A DNA stretch of 64,000 bases from contig NW_021832548.1 in assembly GCF_006345805.1 (NCBI RefSeq), forward strand, positions 9,055 through 73,054. Direction: 5' to 3'. The notes under the pieces are model-generated. The model saw nothing but the letters and a program-made list of their open reading frames with translations, ran no database searches and was not told the origin of the DNA. The translations under genes and the position numbers were made by a program. Source of the DNA: Octopus sinensis (Eukaryota). This document shows, piece by piece, positions 49,675-62,377 of this stretch (the stretch's first letter is position 1; every line of letters starts with the position of its first letter).

Positions 49675-50395
49675 ATGTCAGAAGAGGAAGATATCAGCTA
49701 CTCAGAGCTGTCCTCGTCGGAACAGTCGGAGCAATCGTCGTCGTCAGAGATTTCGTGGAGTACAATAGAGAAACTGAACGAAGAACGGATAACAGAGAAG
49801 AAAAACTTCGCAGAAATCGCAAAGTGTAAGGAATATCAAATCGGATGGGGAAAATGGAGAAATTACATGACAATGATGGGTCACGAAGGATTTAATGTGG
49901 AATTGAACCGCCTCAGAAGAAATGGTTAAAAATAGGAAGGAATGTACAATTATATACAAGACGCATTCCGTAGATGCTGGGAAGATAGACATAATGACTA
50001 CTTACAGAATAGAGAAGGCACTAAGGCCAATCTGGCAAGAGATAACGTATCTTACCTGGGGCAAGTATGGAAATGTAGAGGTGAGATTTAAAGAGGCAGA
50101 AAAGGCAAGGGAGATCGCGGCAACCATTATAAAGAGTGATGAAGTGATACTATTATATATGTACCATAGAAGGCGTGCTTTAAAAGTTAGCGTAGAGGGA
50201 ATCCCACCAGAAGTTGACGTGGTCCGGATAGCAGCCCCTGTCCTACATGGAAATGAGAAAGAGATAGCGGTTCTCCAGGCCACAACGACGGAAAGTAGGC
50301 ATTGCGAAGGCCAAACCTTAAACACGGTCATTCAAGCGCCAAAGAAAACTATTGAGAAAATGCCAGAAACGATAACGATAGATGATGTAATAATG
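49675..50395 (+). mobile_element. Tx1/L1-type LINE ORF1 N-terminal remnant
   Basis: ORF 49922-50446 (IEKALRPIWQEITYL..VEVRFKE..VSVEGIPPEV) resembles the ORF1 remnant at 45.5 kb. Confidence 0.5.
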
Positions 50396-50399
50396 GCCC

Positions 50400-50980
50400 G
50401 ATTTCAATCAAATTTTCAACATAGTAAAGTGGAAGCGGATTTGTAATTTAAGCGTGGAAATGGGTTCAAAGTTTGAAAATTAAGGCAATATTTCTGAAGT
50501 TGAAAAAAAATTTCTCATTTTTACGTATTTTTGCTCTTTACTTTTTATTGTTTACAGTTTAGAGCTTTCATTTGCATGGCCAATCGTCGAAAACTTCACA
50601 AAATAAGTACTAAATTTAACAAAGAAATCCATTTTTTCCTTATTTTTAATCACTCAAATAGTGACACGTACAAAAGGCATGTGTGCTTTCCGTTTTCACT
50701 GCCTGATATTTATGATTGATCTTTCAAAATATTTCCTTTCTCAACTTACTCAAGATCTTTTGTTTTTTATAAATGGGAGAGAGATAGATAAAGAAAGATA
50801 GAGAGTGAGAGAAAGCGAGGAAGAGTCCGAGAGAAAGGAAGAGTAAGAGAGTGGGAAAGTGAGAGAGAAAAGAGAGAGAGAAACAAAGAGGGAGAATGTG
50901 GTGATAAGAACAGAAAGGAGGCAACAGAAAGTAACACCACACCCTCACCCGCACGTATATAGCGGGTCACCTTAAGCTAG
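50400..50980 (+). mobile_element. Non-autonomous Helitron-like element (3' end clear, 5' end approximate)
   Basis: Hairpin ACCCGC..GCGGGT (50947-50967) followed by CTAG at 50977-50980 and T. Confidence 0.55.
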
Positions 50981-51726
50981 TAACATATATTTTTGCGATT
51001 TATTTACTTTGTTTCTTTGTTCTATGTCCCCACAAAGAGACATAGAACAAACGAAACAAATTAAAGACATCTTCGTTGGAGCAGAATACAGCTGAGTTTA
51101 GACAGCAAGAGAAAAGAGAACTACATGTCTGCATCCTGAAGGAATTTCTATGCGTTAAATAGCAGCTAAATCTCCCTGATGCCTATTCTATCGTACTAGT
51201 AAAAGAAAGTTTCATTCGACTATGAAGGCTTAGCTATAAAAGTAAAAATTCAAAAACACTAACATAATCTCTCTAATTATATCTTTTCATTTAAAAAGTA
51301 TGAATAACTCTCGTTAATATAATTCAAACCATGTCTAAAGTAAAAGACAGGGTGTTTACGGAGGGAAAATCTTTGATCATAGGTCAAAGTTATCAGGAAT
51401 GATCTTAAGATCAGCAACGTAATTCGACTGGTTCCAGCAATTTGACATAAGAAGAATACTTCACGAGAATGCTTCAGTTTGTCTGTCTGGCATACAATAG
51501 GTACTAGTTCATATTTCAGAGATGAGGAGCTTGCAGTAGAAAAATATAGAGCGTGGCAAGTCAACATAGAAATAAACAAGAACACATACTATAAACCAAA
51601 AATTTCAATACCGGTATAAAAGATTTATATTAAACAAAAGGAGAAAGATTGAATGAATTTCAGTTCAGGATCAAAATTTGATCATACTTTTCGATTGTAG
51701 ATCTGGTTAAATATATATATATATAT

Positions 51727-51935
51727 ATATAGTAATCCAACATAAAAACACAAAGAGAAAACACAACAACGCGAGGACGTGGAACAACTATAGTATTATT
51801 GGACGCTCAGGAAGGAAGGGAAGAAGGAGGGTTTAACGTTTCGGGCGGAGCTCTTCCTCTGAAATATAGGAGAAGGAAAGATCCAGGGAAGGGAGGACGG
51901 AGGAAAAAAATCGCCAACGGTACACACGCGGTCAC
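51727..51935 (-). mobile_element. PLE pLTR-like repeat (family of 16857-17050)
   Basis: Reverse-complement match; hammerhead core degenerate. Confidence 0.65.
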
Positions 51936-52066
51936 ATTTTGAATGATAAACATTTTGATTTCATTTCCAATTTGGAAAACAAAACTGCATTGAAAACTAA
52001 GATAAAAACATAAATATTATGTTTCTATATATTATTTTGTTTATAATTTTTAATTTTTATTTCTAG

Positions 52067-52099
52067 GTACTGAGCAGAAAGCAATCAGAGACAATGCAG
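52067..52099 (+). CDS. 33-nt phase 1-1 mini-exon of the Ig gene
   Basis: TTTTTATTTCTAG|GTACTGAGCAGAAAGCAATCAGAGACAATGCAG|GTATCT; reads (G)TEQKAIRDNA and is in frame with both neighbouring exons. Confidence 0.65.
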
Positions 52100-53320
52100 G
52101 TATCTTTTATCTTCTAACTTTTGCTTCTTTCAGTTACTGGATGGTGGCCATGCTGGGCTATTTTCTAATAGTCTTTGTCGTACTTATTCCCGAACTGATA
52201 CGTTGTGGGCACGTAAACAAATCAACACTGGTTTTCCAGTGATGGTGGGGAACAAACACTAATATACACATATATACATACATACATACACACGCTACAC
52301 ACACTCACACACACATACACACCGACAGCGCGCGCACACAAATATATACACGACATTCTTGGGTCAAGCATAGACCTATGCAGGGTATCTGACACCTAGT
52401 GTGACATCAGGCGCTCACACCTCTGTCAGCAGGGTATTGGTCTTAGTGGACGTTGTACCGAGACCATCTACACACAATTGGTGGAGAGTAAAAGTGACAA
52501 CATCCTCTAGGAATCTCTGAGTGTCAATGAAGGCCAACTGCCTAGTCGTTTTCGAAGAAGATTTGCGCCGGGTTCCATTGATAATTTACAAAAATTCCTT
52601 GCCTGGCAGTGCTACAGAATAACATTGCCGATTCGTAATAAAATGAACCGGCATGATATTCCCCTCAGCTGCGCTTGCCCTTGATGCACATTGCATGTGA
52701 AAGATGATGCGATTAATGAGAAAGAGACCAAACCTTCATTGACGTTTCAAGTTAAAAGAAAAGTGAGCGTGGAGTGCAAGGTCCTTCCTCCCAGTAAAAC
52801 TGTTACACCGTGGATGAATATAGCAAGAATGGCTCGAGTGAATTGTCGTAACCTAAGCGTGCCCATGTAGTTACAGAAGCATGGAGGAGAGAGAAACACA
52901 ACAGTATTCCTGGTAACAGGGTGACTCAGGATTACTTGGTACTGTGAGGTTACTTGGTTACTGTGAGGTTACTTGGGTAGCGTTTCCCTTTTAATTGGGA
53001 ATTTTGTTGTTTTGATTTTCTTCTGATTATTTATTGTTTACATGTGTTTATGTAAATCTCCATTATCCCTGATTACTGTTTCTGAGGCTGCGAGCTGGTA
53101 GATTCATGAGCACGCCGTAACAAATGCTTGACGGCATTTTGTCCGGCTTTCTGCGTTAAAATGCCACCGAAGTTGACTTTACTTTTCATTCTTTCAGAGT
53201 CAATGAAATAAGCACCAATTGAATACTGGAGTTGATGTAATCGATGTCCACCTTCACCAAAGTTTTTGGTCTTGTACCAAAATTAAAATGAAACGGGCTT
53301 TTTTTTTCTTTCTATTACAG

Positions 53321-53400
53321 ATAAATTATATGATGCAAATATTATTACTAAGATTTTGAAATTTGCAGCAACACTGCTTGTTATTGGCCATTTTCATTAA
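53321..53400 (+). CDS. Terminal coding exon of the Ig gene, hydrophobic GPI-signal-like tail
   Basis: T-tract acceptor CTATTACAG; (D)KLYDANIITKILKFAATLLVIGHFH*, TAA at 53398-53400; donor GTTAGT at 53439. Confidence 0.7.
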
Positions 53401-53496
53401 GGATTTCGGAAAACAAGCCCCAGCAGAATCAAAAAGTGGTTAGTATTGTATTTTTCATTTTCGTTCCTTTGATTTTGTTATTCTTCTATATAATAT

Positions 53497-53719
53497 ATTT
53501 CTTTACTACCCACAAGGGGCTAAACACAGAGGGGACAAAAAAGGACAGATTAAGTCGATTACATCGACCCCGGTGCGTAACTGGTACTTAATTTATCGAC
53601 GCCGAAAAGATGAAAGGCAAAGTCGATCTCGGCGGAATTTGAACTCAGAACGTAACGGCAGACGAAATACGGCTACGCATTTCGCCCCGCATGCTAACGT
53701 TTCTGCCAGCTCGCCGCCG
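53497..53719 (-). mobile_element. Full-length OK-like SINE with 16-bp TSD
   Basis: TSD TTCTTCTATATAATAT at 53481-53496 and 53720-53735; absent from paralogue D1. Confidence 0.92.
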
Positions 53720-54449
53720 TTCTTCTATATAATATTATTGATTAAGTTTGCGATTATGTCGCAGTGGAAATGGTATACCCCTCCCACGGGACAAATGGTA
53801 TGATTCAGCCACTATAAAGTGCGACGACGTCAACCAGTACGGGTAGTCGTCTATCAGCCGTTGTAGAATCGTTGCACGAGTTCTCTGTTGGAGTTAAGTG
53901 TCAGTTAAGGGTTATAGTCGAGTTCGACTCAACAGTGATGGTAGGCGGTTCAAAGAGGCTGTTTTGCAGAGCTATCAGCAATAGCACGATAGACGAAGCG
54001 ATGTATTACTACTCGGTATAGAAGAGATAAACTGTATCCGATACCAGAAAAATGGCCACTATAGTAGATACAAAAGCTACAGTCACAAGAGGCACCACAC
54101 ATTATAGATATGGAAAACACCACATCATAACAGCTTACTGCATTGGTTTTATTCTAAACTCATCGTTATGGTCATTCTTCTTTAATATTTATATAAACAT
54201 TCATCGAGCAAAAGCATTCGATTACTGAACATCCCATGTTTTCACGGGCGTAGATAATCTTGTTTACTTGTTTCAGTCATTGGACTGCGACCACGCTTGG
54301 CTACCAGCTTAAACTGTCGAACAAAGAGACGTCACTACCTATTTTTAAGTTTGGTACTTATTCGATTATCACTTTTACCAAACCTCTAAATTATGGATCC
54401 GTATTTAAGCAACACCAGTCGTGAAGCGCTGGCTGAAGTTAAATACATA

Positions 54450-54795
54450 CGTACGTACATACATACATACATACATACGTACATACATACATACATACAT
54501 ACATACATTCTCTCTCACTTTCACTCACACAATTACATACATACATACATACACATATACATACATACATACATACATACATACATACATACATACATAC
54601 ATACATTCATATATACATACATTCATACATACATACATACATACATACATACATGCATGCATACATACATACATACATACATACATACATACATACATAC
54701 ATACATACATGCATACATAGGTACATACATACGTGCATGCATGCATACATACATACATACATACATAACATACATACATACATACATACATACAC
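54450..54795. repeat. (CATA)n microsatellite
   Basis: Direct observation. Confidence 0.97.
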
Positions 54796-54837
54796 GTATA
54801 ATTTCTTTCTAAGTTGGCAATGCTTTCTTTTTTACAG

Positions 54838-54895
54838 GTTATTTCGAAACTTCCAACCGAAAATTAACTCACGTTTTCTCCGGAAATAAATATTT
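54838..54895 (+). other. Putative last (3'UTR) exon with poly(A) signal
   Basis: Acceptor TTTCTTTTTTACAG; AATAAA at 54885-54890, conserved in the paralogue. Confidence 0.5.
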
Positions 54896-55139
54896 GACTC
54901 CATACTATATATTGTGTTCCTTCTGCAGTTAGTGCTTGTTGATTTCTGATATTAAAAACATACCTTAATGTGTGTTTGTGTGTATATGGGTACATATGTT
55001 CTGATACACATGAATCTAGAAAGATATAATAAAACAATTTTTCGCATATAAGTACACAATTTCTATCGTTTTGCAACAGCAACTATTTTCCCTAGGTTAG
55101 GGGAAGTATAAGAGAAATGACATTGTTTTACGTTGACAG

Positions 55140-56060
55140 GTATAGTGTAGCGGAACTAAGATGGTATAGGAAAACGTGTAAAGTTTTTGAAAATTTTGGT
55201 CAATCAATCCCAATGGAATCAAATTACAGATCAGCTAACTTTATAGATGTAGCTTGCTTGAATGTAGGATTTTATGCAGCTTAGCATAAGCCAAACGTTA
55301 ATTTTAATGTTGATAGATTCTCAAATCATCCCTGTGCATTTATAATCTTTATTATTGATAGTTTCGCATATAATATCGAGCTGGTCTGCGTCGAATGCGG
55401 GTCATTATAAGGTAGCACTCGCTAGAGTGAAATATGTAGAAAAATTAGTTATATTCAAAGTAGTGAATCAGTTAACAGCCCTTCTTGCTTGAACACTTGA
55501 ATACTACAATTGGTAGACAAAGGTGTAGGTCTGGAGACGGAATAAATGAGGATATAATTAACAATAAGCGTGATTGGTGAAACACGTATGTATATATAGG
55601 ACATGTGCCCTACTATGAGAACCTAACTATTCGAACCCGCTACCTTGACTATAAGTAATAGCAAGAGAGGGGAATGATGGAAATTGAGGGATGTTAAGAA
55701 ATTATAAGGAGCGAAAATACTTAAGTAACGGAACTACAACTAGCAGCTGTATGAAAACATTAGGTAGTGGTGTAACGTATAAGCAAAACATTGCACACAG
55801 TAGGAAAAACAAGAATAGTAAAATCGGTAAAGGATTACGTCAGAAAAAATGATATATCCAGTATTTAAACTTGATGTATTCCCTCTGATTGCTTCCGCTT
55901 TCTTCGCTGCATTAGATAAACTCTTCAGTAAATCTATTAGATATCATAAAACATTTTAATAGACATATCGTTAATGTGTCTTACGCAACTACCCTATTAT
56001 AAGATATACCTCCAATGGAATAATAAAATCTTACTCAACAGTTCTTTTCTAATATTTATA
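55140..56060 (+). mobile_element. Degenerate Penelope-like element
   Basis: NYRSANFIDV, RFSNHP and FFAALDKLF..NRHIVNVSY remnants. Confidence 0.6.
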
Positions 56061-56967
56061 ATTGCAATGTAAATTACTCTACAGGCTGCACATAGACCAG
56101 GAGTCGATGTATTGGTAGATAATGTGCGAGAGAATGGAAAGTATTTCAGATGTGACACCAACACAACTACTCAAGATATATCCGACGTTCGACTCAGTAG
56201 TGGTAATAGTAATAATGTTAACAATTACAGGAATAGTCCTTTCTACAATGGGTTCAAGACCAAATCTTGTGGAAGGGGATAGTCGATTCTATCTAAGCCA
56301 GTTCTAAACTGGTTATTATTTTCTCGACCCCGAAACTGTGAAAGACAAATTCGAGATCGAAGATATTTGAACTTAGAAGGTAAAAGACAAGAAATGTCGA
56401 TAAACATTTGTTCCGTTGTTGTAACGATTGTGCCAACTCTCCGCATCAGCATTTACCGTATTAATGATGGTAGGAGCAGCATAATATTAGTTCTAGTTAT
56501 TATAATAAATGAAATTAATATCATGAAGATAGTAGTAAAAATAGTGAAAATATTTGTGATGCTAATAGTAATGCCAGTTATGACTAGAATAATGCAATAA
56601 AATTGGCAACTTTAGAATTACGGATAAATATACACTGGTACTTCACCATCTCTCTCCTGCTCTCTCTCTCTCTCTTTCTCTCTCTGTCTTTCACCTTTGC
56701 TGTTTCCTACTCCTTCTCTCTCTCCCTCGCTCTCTCTTGCCCTTTTGCTGTTTCCTTCTCTCTCTTTCCTTTGTTCTGTCTCTGGCTGGATAGCCATATA
56801 TCTCCTCTACAGCAGCACACCTATTTCTGCTCTCATTCTTGGTCTCTCTCTCTCACTGGGTAGCCATGGAGCTTCTCTATAGCAATACCCTATTTCTACT
56901 ACTCTATTTCTTTGTAAGACACTAACCTTTCATCATCAGATATCGGGCCACCTCCTCCAATGGTTCC

Positions 56968-57010
<43 letters not shown>

Positions 57011-57011
<1 letters not shown>

Positions 57012-57205
57012 ACCGTTGGCGGTTTTTTTTCCTCTATCTTCTCTTCTCTGGATCTTTCCTTCTCCAATGTTTCCGATGAAGAGCTCCGCTCGAAACTTTA
57101 AGCTCTCCTTCTTTCCTTCTTTCCTGAGCGTCCAATAATACTATATTTGTTCCACGTCCTCGCGTTGTTGTGTTTTTTTGTGCTTTCTTGTTTGGATTAA
57201 CTCTC
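57011..57205 (+). mobile_element. PLE pLTR-like repeat (family of 16857-17050)
   Basis: GTTTCCGATGAAGAGCTCCGCTCGAAAC..; direct match. Confidence 0.65.
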
Positions 57206-57633
57206 TCTATATATATATATACAAATAAATAAATATATATATATATATATATATATGTATAAATAGAGGAATTTATCTCTTAATGTAATTTATGCGAATT
57301 ATTCTGTAGCCATGATAAAACTCCGAGAAAAAAAGCAGAGTTCAGAGTAACGATACAGAGAAAACGCATATGGGAGTATACAAAGAGTAAACCACGTCTA
57401 TATACGCACATACAATTATGCACGCGCACACACACGCCTATATGCGACATACCCGCACACGTCTATACACTCACACACGCCATTAAGGAAACTATACTCT
57501 ATGAAACATTTAGAGAAAATTAGAGACCTGATTATGCGCATAAGATGGAAGGTATTATCCATATAAATCAAATGGGGTGATTATAATCGCCCCATTTGAT
57601 TTATATGGATAATACCTTACTAAATTCTGGTAC

Positions 57634-57677
<44 letters not shown>

Positions 57678-57842
57678 GATAAAATTAGGGAGTATGGCTC
57701 CAAACTTACAGGGAAAAATTAGATTTAGGATTAAATCAAATTTCACAGTATAAATATATAAAATATGAATTAGAGATAAAACCACTATTAGGCAACTCAA
57801 ACAGTTTGAGTTGCCTAATAGTGGTTTTATCTCTAATTCATA

Positions 57843-57914
<72 letters not shown>

Positions 57915-57918
<4 letters not shown>

Positions 57919-58536
57919 AATGTAAAAAAATACAAACTGGGACAAGAACATGAAACATTTAGAAGTCGATTATGATAACGATAGTCACTGTGGTTTGAAC
58001 AATTAGCTTAAGGTCCACTCCACTTCAATAGCGAAATTCTTTCCCAAGCCTTCGAACATTCTTTCAATCAACGTACCCTTCCCACTCCACTTCTTCCCTA
58101 CCTACTATTCCTTTAACCCTTCTCTTCCTACTATCTATCTTTGACGTCAATTCTTCTAACGATTTTTTAAAAATCACTCATTATCGTTTTGTTTACCACG
58201 TAGGCAGTCATCGAAATTTTTGTTTGTCTTGTTGTCGAGAGAGGCTCCCTTTCTATCCTGATGAGAAGATTGCATAATTCACCCTTTATTTTTTTGGAAT
58301 GAAACCATGTTGTCTTCGAAACATATGTCGAGAGTAAAGGAATTTTGTTAACATCTTCGTTCGACTCCATTCTTTCATTTATTCATATACAACACTCAAA
58401 TTTCTGCACATGAACCCGGATTTCTTCTACCCTTGGATAGGTCGCTTCACCGTGTTTCTGACGTGAATTTGCTACCCTGGTTTCGGTTCAACGATTTTCC
58501 ATGCTGACGATAAACAGGATAATTCATTCACCTATT

Positions 58537-58560
<24 letters not shown>
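57915..58560 (+). mobile_element. PLE pLTR-like insertion in (TA)n, specific to copy C
   Basis: Occupies the tract that holds the CR1 LINE in copy B; related to the 25.9-26.1 kb pLTR. Confidence 0.6.
58247..58340 (+). ncRNA. Type I hammerhead ribozyme, canonical core
   Basis: CCTTTCTATC-CTGATGA-GAAGA..TCTTC-GAAA-C-ATAT-GTC-GAGAGTAAAGG; palindromic ACATATGT; cleavage after 58329. Confidence 0.72.
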
Positions 58561-58617
<57 letters not shown>

Positions 58618-59031
58618 TAGCCAACCTGCCGACTACTTTAATATGCTTGTATATCCAACCAAATACAGTGTTGATCAGCAGGTAAATGACCTCTACGAAG
58701 CAACAAGAGTGAGTGCAGAAATTTCAAAATTATGTTTGCAGGACCGAACGGTCAGTGGGTAGGTGATGCTGGTTGACGGCTCAGGCTGGAATAACTCTCA
58801 TTGTTGGCAAAGCAGTTGCCAGATTCAGCATCATTGACGTATGTAACAATAATCCGACAGATAAACCTGCTCACTTACCAAATATATTATGGTAGGAGGA
58901 ATTGGGAACTTTCAAAGGATCCAGTGAGGGGAACGCCAATCAACTAGCAGAGTTATGGATATATTCTGATGAAGAAAACGTGAGCTTGTTGCTAAGCACA
59001 ATGTCAGATTTCGAAGAGATGAACGTACCGT

Positions 59032-59445
59032 GGATCTTTGCGGTTTGAACGGCAGTTTTTTCTAGCGGTGTCATATGAAATGTCACCCATAATTATGACC
59101 CTGGAATCGATCTGTTTTAGGTTTAGGGTTAGTTAGGGTTAGGGTTTTGGGTGGGGGAAGGGTACCTTTTTTTCTTCAGGAATGTAAATAAACCCAATGT
59201 TTCTTAAACGAGGACAGATTCATACGGGACAGAATGTTTTTATACCTCAATAGATGTCATTGATTGGTTGAAATTGCAGATATTGAAGTAGAAAAAACAA
59301 CAAAAAACCTACAAACTATAGAATTGTCTCAATAAAACCAAGAGAAAAAGAGGTTTTATAAAGACATTCTACCAGTATAAGAAGTTTAAAAGTGTTTTGT
59401 TGGCGGAAATTATTTTTAAAACTGCCGTTCAAACCGAAAAGATCC
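59032..59445. mobile_element. Merlin-like MITE with a perfect 8-bp TSD
   Basis: TSD CGTACCGT at 59024-59031 and 59446-59453; TIRs begin with GG. Confidence 0.7.
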
Positions 59446-60229
59446 CGTACCGTTTCACTTCCAATCCCTTCTGCTTCACCGTAAGTTACCTAGTGGTATG
59501 TGTAGCAGCAATCCAGACTGCTCGGGGAGTGGAGTAAATCCTTTTTTTCTCAACGCCTGGATGAGCTTACAATAAAGAAGGAGCTTCGATAAGGTAGAAA
59601 TCCTGGTAAGCCTACCACTCTCCCGACGATTCCCTTTGGCATGAATCAACCGAGTCGGAAGAATGCTTAGGAAGCTGTTCAAGCAGCTAGGTCAGCAAGG
59701 TCAGCTATGTCATCCAGTGTCCAGTGTAGCGTCATATTGAAAAATCTATTAGAAAAATACCAAACAATGTAGTAAAAAAAGAAAATGTTTTTGACTGTTC
59801 TTCTCTTTTTTTTTCTCTCTCTCTCACTTTCTCTCCTCTTACGCTCATTCTCTCTATCTTTGTCCCTTTCACTCTCTCCCTCTCACTTTTCCATGACGTT
59901 CTTCTAAATCTTTTACTGTAACTCCTTCTTGCCAATCTTCCTTCTTCTCTCCCTTTCTTACTTTCATATCCTTATAACTTTCCCTCACTTTCCTCTCCCG
60001 CGTCCTAAGTCGGCGTCTTTTCTTAATCACAATACTTCTTTCACCCCATCTCTCAGTACTTCGAAATTCTCTATCTTTCTTTTCATCTTTGTATGTGTAT
60101 ATGTGTGAGTGTGTGTTTTTGCGTGCGCATGTGCGTGCGTGCTTGTGTACGTGTGCGTGTATTAAGTTTCTGTTTTTAAGATATTTACTTCCGGTTTTCT
60201 AGCGTCCGTGACATCTGTATCTCTATATA

Positions 60230-60604
60230 TATCTCTTTATCCATCTCTCTCTATTTATCTCAATATCTATATATTTCTCTATCTATATCTCATCATCTAT
60301 CTGTCTATATCTTATGTATCTACCTATTATCTATCTATCTATTTATCTACCTATTTATCTATCCATCAATCTATCTATTTATCTATCTAATCTATCTATT
60401 TCTCTACATCTTATCTATCTATCGCTATCTATGTATGTATCTATCTATCTATCTATCTATCTACCTACCTATCTTTCTATCTATCCTCTATCTATCTATC
60501 TATCTATCTATCTATTTATCTATCTATCTATCTACCTACCTACCTATCTATCTATCTCTCTATCTATCTCTCTCTCTCTCTCTATCTATCTATCTATTTA
60601 TCTC

Positions 60605-60668
<64 letters not shown>

Positions 60669-60685
60669 CCTATCTATCTATCTAC
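60230..60685. repeat. (CTAT)n microsatellite
   Basis: Direct observation. Confidence 0.97.
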
Positions 60686-61122
60686 GTTTAACCTGCCCTC
60701 TCGAAGCAGAAAAGAGAAAGGGAGAGAAACAGACAGACAGAGAGAGGGAGAAAGAGAAAGATAGAGAGAGAAAAAGAAAGAAACAGAAAGATGGGACTTT
60801 CAGTTCACTCACACTTCAAGTTGGACATGCTTTTTTCTCTCTATTTCAGTTATGTTTGGCCATTTCGACTACGCTATTTGTAAGAGATACCTTTTCGTAA
60901 AATTTCTGCTTTCTGGAAGCCGACAATCATTTCTCCTCCTGCCTTATACCTGTCGCACAAGATCAATAATGTTTTTAGTTATGATGTTACTGATGTCTTC
61001 TTACACCCTCGGCCTTGTAAGTTAATTCAGAAACAATATTTTTCTTCTGTTACAACATTGAATATTCTTCTCTTAGTTAACATGCTTTCATCTTTGAAAG
61101 ACACAGTATACACACACGCACG

Positions 61123-61158
<36 letters not shown>

Positions 61159-61221
61159 ACACCACACACACACATTATCTACACACCGACATACACTTTT
61201 CAACAGCGTCACCACAAATAC

Positions 61222-61452
61222 CTATTTCTTTACTGCCCTCAAGGGCTACACACAGAGAGAGGACAAACAGCACAGACATAGGTATTAAGTCGATTACATC
61301 GACGCCAGTGAAAAACTGGTACTTAATTTATCGACCCCGAAAGAATGAGAAAGCAAAGTCGACCTCGGCGGAATTTGAACTCAGAACGTACGCAGATGAA
61401 ATACTGCTACGCATTTCGCCCGCGTGTTAACGTTTCTGCCAGCTCGCCACAA
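61222..61452 (-). mobile_element. OK-like SINE
   Basis: Copy-C equivalent of 30985-31222. Confidence 0.8.
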
Positions 61453-62161
61453 ATACCATAATACGAACAAAACACAACACACTGTTTAATTCAGTACACA
61501 CACCACACAAACCATCATGCACACTCTCACACCACACAAACACATACTATCCGAACACAGAGAATATATAATACACACGCACAACACGCATAAACACGCA
61601 TAACACGCTTGACACGGATAACATTCGCTACAAAAATACACTATAGATGTGCACCTATTTGATTACAGATAAACACACACACCCACACACATACACACGT
61701 GCACACACTACCTGAATAAGCTCACATGAACGGCTACACGTGCAACACAACAGACACACGCGAACACAGACACTTAGCTTCACAAATTATACACGTCCAT
61801 ATGCACACACACACACGTCCATATGCCCACCCACACACTCCATATGCACACACACACACACACATACAGAGGATACACAAAACGCACATTTCTCCACCCA
61901 CAACACATACACTAGGTTAATTTTACACACAAACCACACACACACACACACATACACACACATACGTACGTACGAACATACATACATACATACATACATA
62001 CATACATACATACATACATACATACATACATACATACATACAACATACATACATATCCCGTTCTGTCTGTGTTTGTAAAAGTTTATAACGACAGTATTTT
62101 TCAACTGATTTCCTCCAAACTGCGAACGTACATTACTTATGTTCCAGGGATGGCTTTAGAC

Positions 62162-62377
62162 CAGTGGTTTTCAACCAGGGTTCCGCGGAAACTTCGGGTT
62201 CCACCAACACACTCCAAGGTTCCCCAAAAGTTACAAAACTGCTAAAATCGGCAGTAATTTTTAATTCTCCTGTGCAGATAGTGTGCATCAGACTATTAAA
62301 TTATGGCACAGGGGTTCCTCGAGCCAGTGGAATGTTTCCTTGGGGTTCCGCTCCAGCAAAAAGTTTGAAAAGCACTG
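62162..62377. mobile_element. hAT (Charlie-like) MITE, 216 bp
   Basis: TIRs CAGTGGTTTTCAACC / GTTTGAAAAGCACTG; TSD CTTTAGAC at 62154-62161 and 62378-62385. Confidence 0.88.

Larger units (their letters stand above)
52500..56600 (+). repeat. Older direct duplication D2 (paralogous to 6900-13560)
   Basis: See D1; lacks the RTE and mariner insertions. Confidence 0.85.

Noticed and set aside
51025-51062. Hairpin with ~21-bp arms (TTTGTTTCTTTGTTCTATGTC / GACATAGAACAAACGAAACAAA) as a pre-miRNA
   Set aside because: It is low-complexity and single-copy, with no supporting evidence.
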